From Candidatus Omnitrophota bacterium (GTDB lineage Bacteria > Omnitrophota > Gorgyraeia > B26-G9), in NCBI GenBank assembly GCA_043806135.1, contig JAZDHG010000040.1, positions 1-63,055 on the forward strand: a stretch of DNA of 63,055 bases, given 5' to 3'. Made by a program: the position numbers and the translations under genes. The notes beneath the pieces were generated by a model, which had not been told where the DNA came from, searched no databases, and saw nothing but the letters and a program-made list of their open reading frames with translations. Shown here piece by piece: positions 1 to 10,347 of this stretch (position 1 is its first letter; every line of letters starts with the position of its first letter).

Positions 1-10
1 TCATGAAATA

Positions 11-70
11 GTTACTTTTTCTGAGGTTACTATCGATTACCAATAGTTAATATTAGTTACAAGAAGTTAC
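11..70. repeat. Degenerate 10-bp periodic repeat (units ending RTTAC/GTTAA)
   Basis: Consecutive decamers ctgaggttac, tatcgattac, caatagttaa, tattagttac, aagaagttac (21-70), plus gttac at 11-15. Confidence 0.5.
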
Positions 71-210
71 ATAAAAAACCAATATCCATTGATTTAAAAA
101 CAACATTTTCCATAACCTTCTAATATTCCTACTGCTCCCTATCCTTTGTTTTTATTTTTTATTTTTACCTTTTTACTGTATTATTTGGGAGATATGTTTA
201 CAATGAAAGA

Positions 211-362
211 TGTTATCAGTTAATGGCTGAGAAAACTATTTTTACTCATTCTCGACAGACATCCATGTCTGTCTGCGAGGGCAAAGTCTGCTTTTACACA
301 TCCATGTATCAGCAGCCTTTGAATCCGCAAAAATAATTATTCTCATCCAAATACTGTCAACA
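211..362 (-). repeat. Branched palindromic element with two GGA-loop hairpins, copy A
   Basis: Outer imperfect IR 211-243/329-362; hairpin gacagaca-tcca-tgtctgtc (254-273); second hairpin around catccatg at ~299-306; homologous to 26714-26843. Confidence 0.7.
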
Positions 363-579
363 CCAAATTACAATAGTACATTGTAACTTTGTGTTAACAA
401 AGTGAGAATCAGCGAGTTTTTCGGATATGAAAACTTTTTTTACTCCCGCCACAAAGATTGGCGGACAGGCATTTAAGTTGTGTCTGGTGGCTTCGTAAGA
501 AACAGATAATAAAGACGTTACCGTAACCTAAAGACGATACGGGCATCGCTGCCGTTTACCGCAACCCAGGACTAAATAA

Positions 580-1191
580 ATGTTAAGGGGCTATTATTTT
601 ATCACAGATGAAAAATCAAGCCTTAAAGGCAGTATCAGCGATGTTTGCAAGGCAATGGACGCGGGCGTCAAGGTGATCCAGTATAGGAGCAAGGATATTT
701 CTACTCAAGCGATGATTGATGAAGCGGCAAAATTAAGAGAGATAACCGCAAAAGCGATATTTTTGATAAATGATTATATTAATGTGGCATTGGCTGTTGA
801 TGCAGATGGAGTGCATCTGGGCCAAAACGATATCAGCTGTGCGGAAGCCAGAGAGCTGCTTGGCGTGCATAGAAAAATCGGCATAAGTGTCAGTACAATT
901 GAACAGGCAAAACTTGCCCAAAATCAAGGAGCTGATTATCTGGCAGTGAGCCCGGTTTTCCGGACAACGACTAAAAGTGATGCTGGGGCGGCTTTAGGTA
1001 TTGAACTGATCAGAAAAATTAAAGCAGAAGTGTCATTGCCAATTGTTGCTATCGGGGGGATAACTCTCGAGAATGCACCTGAAGTTATTGCTGCCGGCGC
1101 TGATGCTCTATGCGCAATATCAGCTGTGGTTTCAAAACCAGATGTAAAAAAGGAAATTTTGAAATTCCAGAAACTTTTTCAGATATTATGA
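580..1191 (+). CDS. thiE: Thiamine-phosphate synthase
   Basis: QYRSK, IND, DGVHLGQ, SPVFRTTTK and VAIGGIT motifs of ThiE. Confidence 0.93.
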   Translation: MLRGYYFITDEKSSLKGSISDVCKAMDAGVKVIQYRSKDISTQAMIDEAAKLREITAKAIFLINDYINVALAVDADGVHLGQNDISCAEARELLGVHRKIGISVSTIEQAKLAQNQGADYLAVSPVFRTTTKSDAGAALGIELIRKIKAEVSLPIVAIGGITLENAPEVIAAGADALCAISAVVSKPDVKKEILKFQKLFQIL

Positions 1192-1745
1192 AAAGATTAT
1201 TAAATACCAGTCTTAATGAAATCGATTTCGCGGTTGTAGATTTGGAAACTACGGGGTTTTCATGTGATAGAGATTGTATTGTTGAAGTCGCTGCGATCAA
1301 GGTGAAAAACGGCAGAATAAAGGAGAAGTTCCAATCCTTGATATATACCGATTATATCCCCTATTATGCGACCAGGGTGCATGGCATTGATATAGATATG
1401 GTCTGTGATGCGCCGTCACTAAATACGGTTCGCAATAACTTCCGCGAATTTACTCAAGGGTGTGTATTTGTAGGCCACAATATCAAGTCTTTTGACATGC
1501 CTTTTTTGGTGAATGCCTTTGATGTTGAGGAAGGGATTTGCTGTGTGGATACCCTGAAAATATCAAGATGCCTGTTTTCCTGCCAGCGGTCACATAAATT
1601 GGAGGCGGTTGCCCGGCGCTTAGGTATAAGCAATAGAAAATATCACCGGGCTTTAGACGATGCGATGGTCACGGCTAAGATCTTTCTGAAATTTTTGAAT
1701 TTTGAGAAAAAGAAGTTCAGGATTTTAAAAGATATTGTTGCTTGA
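1188..1745 (+). CDS. DEDDh 3'-5' exonuclease (DnaQ/Pol III epsilon-like)
   Basis: VVDLETTG, GHNIKSFD and HRALDDA motifs; ATG 1188 overlapping the thiE stop is the likely start. Confidence 0.88.
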   Translation: MKRLLNTSLNEIDFAVVDLETTGFSCDRDCIVEVAAIKVKNGRIKEKFQSLIYTDYIPYYATRVHGIDIDMVCDAPSLNTVRNNFREFTQGCVFVGHNIKSFDMPFLVNAFDVEEGICCVDTLKISRCLFSCQRSHKLEAVARRLGISNRKYHRALDDAMVTAKIFLKFLNFEKKKFRILKDIVA

Positions 1746-1788
1746 AATAGCATTATTAAATATAATAGTACTGCCAAGGGGGTTTAGT

Positions 1789-2124
1789 ATGAGAATATTG
1801 TTTGTTATGTTCCTGCTTATTTGTACTTTAGTTAATCCTGATTTATTGTTTGCACAGCAAAAATCCAAGTCTTCAGGCAAAGAACCAAAAATATCCAAAG
1901 AAGAGAAAATTTCCCGCCAGGAAGCAGATACTGTTAATCAGGAGCTGGATGTCCAGATGCAAAAATCAAATGCCGAAGTTGAGCAGGCCAGGCTAAAAGC
2001 TGAAGACCAAGCACTTAAGGATATTGATCAGGCAGAAAAAGACCTGGAAGTGTCGATTCAGGAATTCCGCCAAGAGAAATTCCCAGAAGAAGTTAAAGAG
2101 GAAAAATCTCCGGAGGACCAATGA
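1789..2124 (+). CDS. Exported charged coiled-coil hypothetical protein
   Basis: MRILFVMFLLICTLV signal-like N-terminus; E/K/Q-rich helical body. Confidence 0.7.
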   Translation: MRILFVMFLLICTLVNPDLLFAQQKSKSSGKEPKISKEEKISRQEADTVNQELDVQMQKSNAEVEQARLKAEDQALKDIDQAEKDLEVSIQEFRQEKFPEEVKEEKSPEDQ

Positions 2125-2576
2125 AGAGGTTATTAACATTTTTCGGCCTAATATTTTTTGCTTTAAACAGCAATGCGGCATTTTCACTTGAAGTTTTTCA
2201 GGGGGAACTTCAGGATAACCAGTTTAGCCGGGAAGAGCAATTTGCCAGGGAAGAAGCGGTGAGAGAGCTGGAAAGAGCTGCCCTTGAAGTTGGAAAGGCA
2301 AATGCCGAGCTTGAGGGATTAAGATTAAAAGAGGAAGGGGCTGCGGCGGAGGATGTAACGCGTGCGCAAAAAGAGACTGATTTAATGCGCCAGGAACTAT
2401 CCCGGGAATTATCAGAACTATATGAAGAGGCTGAAAAAGAGGCCGAAGCAAGAAGAAAAGAGATGGAAAAAGAAGAGAAAGCATCTCTTAAGGAAGTTTT
2501 AGAGGCGATCGAACAAACCACGCAAGAGCTTGATAAGGATTTGCAAAGGATAGAATTAAGGCCTCCGAAGCCTTAA
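2121..2576 (+). CDS. Exported coiled-coil hypothetical protein, distant paralog of the upstream gene
   Basis: Signal-like MKRLLTFFGLIFFALNSNAAFS; shares KxNAExExxRLKxE; ATGA overlap with upstream gene. Confidence 0.72.
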   Translation: MKRLLTFFGLIFFALNSNAAFSLEVFQGELQDNQFSREEQFAREEAVRELERAALEVGKANAELEGLRLKEEGAAAEDVTRAQKETDLMRQELSRELSELYEEAEKEAEARRKEMEKEEKASLKEVLEAIEQTTQELDKDLQRIELRPPKP

Positions 2577-2598
2577 AGATCTATCCTGGCAGATTATA

Positions 2599-2811
2599 AT
2601 GGATATCAAAACAAAAAAACAAGAATACAGGAAAAAAGAAAAAAAAGAAATGGTGATTTTTATAATAATATTAATCATCATTATTCTCGCCGCAATCTTC
2701 ATGGATAAAAAATTTAAACGCAAGATTCCTAAGCGTGAATTTGAAGGTGAGGTTCAGACATATGACGGTTCCCTGCAGAGAAACCTCTCTAATCCGCTGG
2801 GCCTTGAATGA
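2599..2811 (+). CDS. Small single-pass membrane protein
   Basis: Basic N-terminus then one hydrophobic helix (VIFIIILIIIILAAIF). Confidence 0.6.
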   Translation: MDIKTKKQEYRKKEKKEMVIFIIILIIIILAAIFMDKKFKRKIPKREFEGEVQTYDGSLQRNLSNPLGLE

Positions 2812-2812
2812 C

Positions 2813-2838
2813 AAAATGCCTGATTTTTAGGCATTTTT
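2813..2838 (+). terminator. Intrinsic terminator
   Basis: aaaatgcct / aggcatttt stem followed by T-run. Confidence 0.6.
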
Positions 2839-2841
2839 ATC

Positions 2842-2870
2842 TTGACAATTTTTTTTGAAAATGATAATTT
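2842..2870 (+). promoter_or_regulatory. Sigma70-type promoter for the nfnAB leader
   Basis: TTGACA (2842-2847), 17 bp, TAATTT (2865-2870) with TGn extension. Confidence 0.65.
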
Positions 2871-2874
2871 CATT

Positions 2875-2954
2875 ATGGCAATACAAAGTTGTATTGCCAT
2901 TTGAAGATCAGAACAAAGATGTTCTCCTCATTGAGGAGGGGTCTTTGTTTTTTT
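2875..2954 (+). promoter_or_regulatory. ANTAR-responsive dual-hairpin antiterminator leader 1
   Basis: P1 atggcaatac-AAAGTT-gtattgccat; P2 agaac-AAAGAT-gttct; both hexaloops have A1/G4 and a C-G closing pair; P2 overlaps a terminator (aacaaaga/tctttgtt, ctcctc/gaggag, T-run). Confidence 0.85.
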
Positions 2955-2988
2955 ATGGACTTGCGACTTAAGATTGTGGGTGAAAGAA

Positions 2989-3825
2989 ATGAAAATTATA
3001 GCAAAAGAACATATTGCCAGGGATCTTACTAAGTTTGTTATTGAATCAAAGCTTATTGCCCAAAAGGCATTGCCGGGACAGTTTATCATCCTTATGGTTC
3101 GTAAGGAGGGGGAACGTATTCCGCTGACGATTGTAGATACCGATAAGAAGAATCAGACAATCACTATTATTTTTCAGGAAGTAGGGTATACTACGAAATT
3201 ATTAGGAAGATTGGAACCTGGGGATTCATTGTATTCTCTGGTAGGACCTCTAGGCAAAGCGACCCCGATTAAAAATTACGGCAAGGTTATAGTTGTGGGA
3301 GGAGGAGTAGGTATTGCTGAGCTTTTGCCGGTTGTGCATGCTTTTAAAGATGCCGGATGTACAATTACGTCTATTTTAGGCGGCCGCACAGCGGAACTGG
3401 TGATTTTGCAGGAACAGGTTAAAGAATATTCAGATGTTATATATATTACTACTGATGACGGATCCCTGGGGGAAAAGGGCCTGGTAATTGATCCATTAAA
3501 AAAGTTAATCGAAAAAGACCAAAATTACGGATTGATATTCTGTGTAGGTCCTCTGCCGATGATGAGGGCAGTGGCTGACCTAACCCGGCCGTTTAAGATT
3601 AAGACTTTAGTATGCCTTAATTCCATAATGATTGATGGTACGGGTATGTGTGGCGGATGCCGCGTTACAATCAATGGTGAAACTAAATTCACATGTGTTG
3701 ACGGACCTGACTTTGATGGACATGAGGTTGATTTCAATGAACTCATGACCAGACAGAAGAGATTCGCCTCGCACGAGAAGCACTCTATGTGCAAGCTTGA
3801 TGAGAAAATTAAAAAAGTAATATAA
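2989..3825 (+). CDS. nfnA: NfnA/SudB-type FAD/NAD-binding [2Fe-2S] subunit
   Basis: ERIPLTI, GGGVGIA and DGTGMCGGC...CVDGP motifs; directly upstream of a GltD-like partner. Confidence 0.85.
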   Translation: MKIIAKEHIARDLTKFVIESKLIAQKALPGQFIILMVRKEGERIPLTIVDTDKKNQTITIIFQEVGYTTKLLGRLEPGDSLYSLVGPLGKATPIKNYGKVIVVGGGVGIAELLPVVHAFKDAGCTITSILGGRTAELVILQEQVKEYSDVIYITTDDGSLGEKGLVIDPLKKLIEKDQNYGLIFCVGPLPMMRAVADLTRPFKIKTLVCLNSIMIDGTGMCGGCRVTINGETKFTCVDGPDFDGHEVDFNELMTRQKRFASHEKHSMCKLDEKIKKVI

Positions 3826-3889
3826 TGATTATAGTAATCAGCTATTATTATATAGAACTTTCTTCTCTTATGAAAGAAACGGAGCAGTA

Positions 3890-5287
3890 ATGGCAAATAT
3901 GAAACAGAAACAAATACCTATGCGGGAACAGCCTCAATTAGAAAGAATTAAGAATTTTCAAGAAGTTCCCTACGGTTATTCAGAAGAAGAAGCAATTCTT
4001 GAAGCTAAAAGGTGTGTGCAATGTAAAAATCCTTTATGCGTGCAAGGTTGTCCGGTAGGGATTGATATCCCGGGATTTATAGATCTTATTGCTAAACAGG
4101 ATTTCCGCGGTTCGATACGAAAAATGAAAGAAAAGAATTCTCTGCCTGCTATATGCGGGCGTGTATGTCCTCAAGAGGATCAATGTCAGAAGGTGTGCAT
4201 TTTAGCAAAAAGGAAAGAGCCCATAGCTATTGGAAGGTTAGAGAGATTTATTGCTGATTGGGAAGCAGGACAGAAAACTATTGAACTCCCGACTAAAAAG
4301 AAGCCAACAGATAAAAAGGTAGCTTGTGTCGGAGGAGGACCGGCAGGACTCACCTGTGCCGGGGAGCTGGCAAAACTTGGGTATAAAGTTACGATATTTG
4401 AAGCATTACACGAAATGGGAGGAGTTCTTGTTTATGGAATCCCTGAATTCAGATTGCCAAACAGTGTTGTAGCCAGAGAAGTAGAATATGTGCGCTCTTT
4501 AGGAGTTGATATTAAAACCTCTTTTGTTGTAGGGAAATTAAAAACAGTTGATGAATTGCTTGATGAGTTTGATGCTATATTTGTTGCGACTGGTGCAGGC
4601 TTGCCCTGGTTTATGGAACTTGAGGGCGAGAATTATAATGGCATATATTCCGCAAATGAGTATCTTACCAGGATAAATCTGATGAGTGCATATAAATTTC
4701 CTGAATATGATACCCCGATTATTAAAGGAAAACAGGTCGCAGTAATCGGCGGTGGTAATGTGGCTATGGATTCGGTTAGAACGGCGCTGCGTTTAGGGGC
4801 AGAAAAGGCAATGATAATATACAGAAGATCAAAAGCAGAGATGCCGGCAAGATTAGAGGAAATCCATCATGCCGAAGAAGAGGGGGTTATTTTTGAATTT
4901 TTAACTTTACCTGTTGCCTATCACGCTAATGAGTTAGGGTGGGTAAAAGAGATGGAATGTCTGCGTATGGAATTAGGAGAACCGGATGCTTCTGGGAGAA
5001 GAAAACCTGTTCCGATAGAAGGGTCAAACTTTAGAATCCCTGTAGACGCGGTTGTTGTGGCCATAGGCAACAGTCCAAATCCGTTGATTTCTGCTACTAC
5101 CCCAGGGATCAAAACAGGCAGAAAAGGTAATATAGTGATTGACGAGAAGACTGGAAAAACAAGTAAAAAAGGAGTGTTTGCCGGAGGGGATATTGCTACT
5201 GGAGCAGCTACGGTTATTTCCGCTATGGGAGCGGGAAAGATCGCTGCTTGTGCAATTGATCAGTATGTAAAGACTGGCAAGTGGTAA
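3890..5287 (+). CDS. nfnB: NfnB/SudA (GltD-like NADPH flavoprotein, often annotated glutamate synthase small chain)
   Basis: RCVQC..PLC..GCP and CGRVCPQE..C Fe-S motifs; GGGPAG and GGGNVA dinucleotide folds; no gltB nearby. Confidence 0.85.
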   Translation: MANMKQKQIPMREQPQLERIKNFQEVPYGYSEEEAILEAKRCVQCKNPLCVQGCPVGIDIPGFIDLIAKQDFRGSIRKMKEKNSLPAICGRVCPQEDQCQKVCILAKRKEPIAIGRLERFIADWEAGQKTIELPTKKKPTDKKVACVGGGPAGLTCAGELAKLGYKVTIFEALHEMGGVLVYGIPEFRLPNSVVAREVEYVRSLGVDIKTSFVVGKLKTVDELLDEFDAIFVATGAGLPWFMELEGENYNGIYSANEYLTRINLMSAYKFPEYDTPIIKGKQVAVIGGGNVAMDSVRTALRLGAEKAMIIYRRSKAEMPARLEEIHHAEEEGVIFEFLTLPVAYHANELGWVKEMECLRMELGEPDASGRRKPVPIEGSNFRIPVDAVVVAIGNSPNPLISATTPGIKTGRKGNIVIDEKTGKTSKKGVFAGGDIATGAATVISAMGAGKIAACAIDQYVKTGKW

Positions 5288-5799
5288 TGCTTGACTTAAG
5301 GTCAATAGGAGTATTTGTGGAAAGATTCAGCAAAGATGTCCGGCTAATCATACCAATAAATGAAAAAAAACAATCTGATTTTAAAAATGAAGAAAATAAA
5401 GTCAGATATGTTATAAATGAAGCTTTTTGTCCGAACGGCTGCAATATAATCGATCCTGAGCGCAAGATAAATGGTTCTCCAGGCTTGCGTATTAGATTCA
5501 GTAGACAAGGGGCAGAAGGTGAATTTGTCATTTCTGCGATCGAAGGAGACTTTGATAAAATAATTTTAAAAGGTGAACTGGAAAACGGCTTGCCGGATGA
5601 GCTTTTTTGTCCGCATTGCGGTATTATGTTTGAAAAGCTGGTCAATTGTAATTGTAAACCAAATGCGGATATGGTTGTAATAGGATTAACTCCTAAATTG
5701 GATTTTAATAACGCAATATCTTTCTGTAATGTTACTGGATGCGAGAATGGTGCTTTTGTTAAATCCGGTGATGTAATCAGGCATGTTAGATTAAAATAG
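5287..5799 (+). CDS. Cys-rich hypothetical protein, possibly metal-binding
   Basis: CPNGC, CPHC, CNC and CNVTGC motifs; start overlaps the nfnB stop. Confidence 0.7.
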   Translation: MLDLRSIGVFVERFSKDVRLIIPINEKKQSDFKNEENKVRYVINEAFCPNGCNIIDPERKINGSPGLRIRFSRQGAEGEFVISAIEGDFDKIILKGELENGLPDELFCPHCGIMFEKLVNCNCKPNADMVVIGLTPKLDFNNAISFCNVTGCENGAFVKSGDVIRHVRLK

Positions 5800-6066
5800 C
5801 TTTTTCATTCCAAAATTGCCTCTGGTTCTGCGCCGGATATCACAAGTGAGAATATTGCTAATCCAATTGCCCAGATCCTCTCAACAGCAATGCTTCTTAA
5901 TCATAGTTTTGGACAAAAGACAGCAACGCAGACAATAGAAACGGCAATAGAAAAAGTTTTAGAATCAGGTGTATATACACGCGATATCGCTATTGCCGGC
6001 AGTAAAATTGCGGTGACAAAAGAAATGGGAGATGCAATTTCAAAAAAAATTAAGGAAGGAAATTAA
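5800..6066 (+). pseudogene. leuB: C-terminal remnant of 3-isopropylmalate dehydrogenase
   Basis: Frame 1 reads SGSAPDITSENIANPIAQILSTAMLLNHSFG...IEKVLESGVYTRDI...TKEMGDAI, matching the LeuB C-terminal pattern; no N-terminal part. Confidence 0.8.
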
Positions 6067-6091
6067 AAAAAAAGATTTTGGAGGTGACAAA

Positions 6092-7318
6092 ATGTTCAAA
6101 AAACTGATTGATCAAGCAAAAGAAAAATTTTCCGCAATTATAGAAGAACAGCTTAAGCGAGTCGAGGAGATGAAAAAACCGGTTCTAGCACCGGACTATT
6201 CAAAGCTATCGCCGATTATTATTGGTATTTGCTGGGGAGATGGAATTGGTGAAATTATTTCCAAACACGCCCAAAGGGTGCTAAAGCATGTATTAAAAGA
6301 TGAGGTAGCCAAAGGCAGGATAACATTTAAGGACATTGCCGGCTTAACTATTGAAAACAGGGCTAAACATAAAAAAGCAATACCAGATGATGTTTTAGCA
6401 GAACTAAAATCATGCCATGTAATTCTTAAAGGACCAACGACAACTCCCCAGGCTGGAGATAAATGGCCTAATATCGAAAGTGCTAATGTAGCCATGCGCC
6501 GATATCTGGATTTATTTGCAAATGTCCGGCCGGTACGAATTCCGCATGAAGGGATTGACTGGTGTTTTTTCCGAGAAAATACAGAAGGGGCTTATGTGCT
6601 AGGGTCAAGGGGTTTTGATGTTTCAGCGGATTTAAGTGTGGATTTTAGCGTCACTACTGAACAGGGATCTGAGAGAATTATCCGCATGGCTTTTGAATAT
6701 GCAAAAAAAAATAATATAGACAGTGTAACAGTAGTTACTAAGTCCAATGTGGTAAAGACTACAGACGGACGGTTTTCCAAAGTGGCTTTTCGTATTGCCA
6801 AAGAATACCCGGAAATCATCTTAGAAGAATGGTATATTGATATCATGACTGCGAAACTGCTTGACCCGGCCCGCCGCAAGGCATTTAAAGTAATGGTGCT
6901 TCCTAATCTTTACGGTGATATCTTAACTGATGAGGCCGCGCAGATACAAGGCGGTGTAGGTACAGCCGGCAGTGCTAATATTGGAAATAAATGGTCTATG
7001 TTTGAAGCAATTCACGGCAGTGCTCCGCGTATGGTCAAAGAAGGCCGGGCTAAATTTGCTGATCCTTGCTCAATGATCCGGGCAAGTGCTATGCTGCTCA
7101 AACATATTGGATTTAAGAACCAAGCCCAAAAAGTAGAAATGGCCCTGGATGTCTGCGGTCAATTTGAAAAGAAAATATTAATCACCGGAAGAGATACAGG
7201 CGTTACCGGAGAAGAATATACCAACTATTTGTTATCATGGGTAGACAAACCACAGCTTGAATCCCGTTGGAAACAAGGGGTTAAAGAGGCTAGTGGAAAA
7301 AAAGAAGTTTCTGCTTGA
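6092..7318 (+). CDS. Isocitrate/isopropylmalate dehydrogenase family protein, probably isocitrate dehydrogenase
   Basis: GDGIG, KGPTTTP, SANVAMRR, RENTEG, NLYGDILTD and EAIHGSAP motifs; SD ggaggt before ATG 6092. Confidence 0.85.
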   Translation: MFKKLIDQAKEKFSAIIEEQLKRVEEMKKPVLAPDYSKLSPIIIGICWGDGIGEIISKHAQRVLKHVLKDEVAKGRITFKDIAGLTIENRAKHKKAIPDDVLAELKSCHVILKGPTTTPQAGDKWPNIESANVAMRRYLDLFANVRPVRIPHEGIDWCFFRENTEGAYVLGSRGFDVSADLSVDFSVTTEQGSERIIRMAFEYAKKNNIDSVTVVTKSNVVKTTDGRFSKVAFRIAKEYPEIILEEWYIDIMTAKLLDPARRKAFKVMVLPNLYGDILTDEAAQIQGGVGTAGSANIGNKWSMFEAIHGSAPRMVKEGRAKFADPCSMIRASAMLLKHIGFKNQAQKVEMALDVCGQFEKKILITGRDTGVTGEEYTNYLLSWVDKPQLESRWKQGVKEASGKKEVSA

Positions 7319-7343
7319 CAAAATAGACTGGTTTTGATACTTT
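7315..7343 (+). promoter_or_regulatory. Sigma70-type promoter for the gdhA leader
   Basis: TTGACA (7315-7320), 17 bp, TACTTT (7338-7343) with TGn extension. Confidence 0.7.
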
Positions 7344-7351
7344 TGTATGCA

Positions 7352-7424
7352 AGTACAATGTAGTACTGAAAAATTAAGGAAGGAACAAAGGCGTTCCCGA
7401 AGCACGGAGGGGAACGTCTTTTTT
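7352..7424 (+). promoter_or_regulatory. ANTAR-responsive dual-hairpin antiterminator leader 2
   Basis: P1 agtac-AATGTA-gtact; P2 ggaac-AAAGGC-gttcc; A1/G4 hexaloops; P2 overlaps the terminator aaaggcgttccc/gggaacgtcttt plus T-run. Confidence 0.88.
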
Positions 7425-7456
7425 GTTAAAATAGGCTTTTTAATAAAGTTAAATAG

Positions 7457-8857
<1,401 letters not shown>

Positions 8858-8905
8858 GGGCAAATAAAAAGGACCAAACAGGTTGATAGTCAATAGCGGC
8901 ATAAC

Positions 8906-8956
8906 AGAGGGTAAAGAGAAGAAAAGATATAAATCAGGTCTCTTTACCCTTTTTTT
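8906..8956 (+). terminator. Terminator-like hairpin after gdhA
   Basis: agggtaaagaga / tctctttaccct followed by T-run; long loop. Confidence 0.65.
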
Positions 8957-9112
8957 ATGTAATAAAAACAGTAAAACAAAAAATAAAAAGTGCTTTTTAA
9001 TTCAAGCATCCTGTATTATAATTATATGCATTGTAATACCTATCAAAAGTCCTAAGTTAACACCTATTTTCATAAAAAACTGGAATCATAACTTTTTAAT
9101 AAAGAGTGTATT

Positions 9113-10225
9113 GTGCAAAAGCTTAAGAGAAAAATAGCAAAGATTGTTTTAGAAGATGGTAGAATTTTCTCTGGCTTTTCTTTCGGGGCCGCCGGTACCG
9201 CATTCGGCGAAGTAGTTTTTAACACAAGCCTTGCCGGATATCAGGAAATTCTCACCGATCCTTCCTACAAAGGTCAAATTGTTACGATGACCTACCCTCT
9301 TATTGGTAATTACGGAGTAAATAATGAAGATGTTGAATCCAGAAAGCCTTTTGTTGAAGGGTTTGTTGTAAAAGAATGCTCACGCATTGCCAGCAATTGG
9401 CGCTCAAATAATACCCTGGATGCTTATTTGAAAGAGCATAATATTGTCGGCATTGAGGGGGTTGATACCCGTGCGATCACCCGCCATACAAGAGAGCTGG
9501 GGGCTATGCGGGCGGTAATTTCCACAGAGGATTTAGATGATAAAAGCTTGTTAAAAAAAGTAAAGGCAACGCCTGGACTTTTAGGGGTTGATCTGGTCAA
9601 GGAAGTTACCTGCGATAAAATCTGGCAGTATAATCAGAGCGGTGAAATTAAGGTTGTGGTTATTGATTGCGGTGTGAAATTAAATATTCTACGCTCTCTA
9701 GCTAAACGGGGATGTCAGGTTACGGTTGTTCCAGCGATTACCTGTGCTGAGGAAATATTGAAGCTTAATCCTGACGGGATATTGCTTTCCAACGGCCCGG
9801 GAGACCCGGCGGCGGTTACTTATGTTATAGAGACAGTTAAAAAATTATTAGGCAAATTACCTATGTTCGGTATCTGTCTGGGGCAGCAGATGCTCGGCCT
9901 AGCCTTAGGCGGGAAAACATATAAATTGAAATTTGGACATCATGGCGGTAACCAGCCGGCTCGAGATCTAAAAACAGGTAAGATAGATATCACAGTGCAG
10001 AATCACGGGTTTTGTGTGGACATAGATTCCCTGAACAAGGATGATATAGAAATAACGCATATAAACCTGAACGATAACACACTTGAGGGAATGCGGCATA
10101 AAAAACTTCCCGTATTTTCCGTGCAGTTTCATCCTGAAGCATGTCCCGGTCCGCATGACGCACAATATTTATTTGACCAGTTTATTGAACTAATTAAAAA
10201 TAATAAAGTAGCAAGAAGCAAGTAG
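9113..10225 (+). CDS. carA: Carbamoyl-phosphate synthase small (glutaminase) subunit
   Basis: GEVVFNT, SNGPGDP, GICLG (catalytic Cys) and QFHPE motifs. Confidence 0.96.
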   Translation: MQKLKRKIAKIVLEDGRIFSGFSFGAAGTAFGEVVFNTSLAGYQEILTDPSYKGQIVTMTYPLIGNYGVNNEDVESRKPFVEGFVVKECSRIASNWRSNNTLDAYLKEHNIVGIEGVDTRAITRHTRELGAMRAVISTEDLDDKSLLKKVKATPGLLGVDLVKEVTCDKIWQYNQSGEIKVVVIDCGVKLNILRSLAKRGCQVTVVPAITCAEEILKLNPDGILLSNGPGDPAAVTYVIETVKKLLGKLPMFGICLGQQMLGLALGGKTYKLKFGHHGGNQPARDLKTGKIDITVQNHGFCVDIDSLNKDDIEITHINLNDNTLEGMRHKKLPVFSVQFHPEACPGPHDAQYLFDQFIELIKNNKVARSK

Positions 10226-10323
10226 CGAGTAGCAAGATATTTAAAAAGAGTTAATAAAGTATGATATATAAAACATAAAAATTTTATAATAGTAATTTTT
10301 CTCGCTACTTTCTACTAGATACT
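10207..10323. repeat. Inverted pair of heptamer arrays (AGTAGCR)
   Basis: agtagca agaagca agtagcg agtagca (10207-10234) and complementary ctcgcta ctttcta ctagata ct (10301-10323). Confidence 0.65.
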
Positions 10324-10347
10324 AAACAAATGAAGTGAGCTTAAAAA

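Noticed and set aside
441-470. ccgcca/tggcgg REP-like hairpin
   Set aside because: Short single palindrome with only loose similarity to 24101-24117; insufficient evidence
3890-5287. Annotation as a true glutamate synthase
   Set aside because: No gltB large subunit in the window; pairing with an NfnA-type gene indicates NfnAB
8889-8900. Possible third ANTAR hairpin gtc-aatagc-ggc before the gdhA terminator
   Set aside because: The loop lacks G4 and there is no second hairpin
8883-9137. 84-aa ORF between gdhA and carA
   Set aside because: Runs through a terminator and AT-rich promoter region; low complexity
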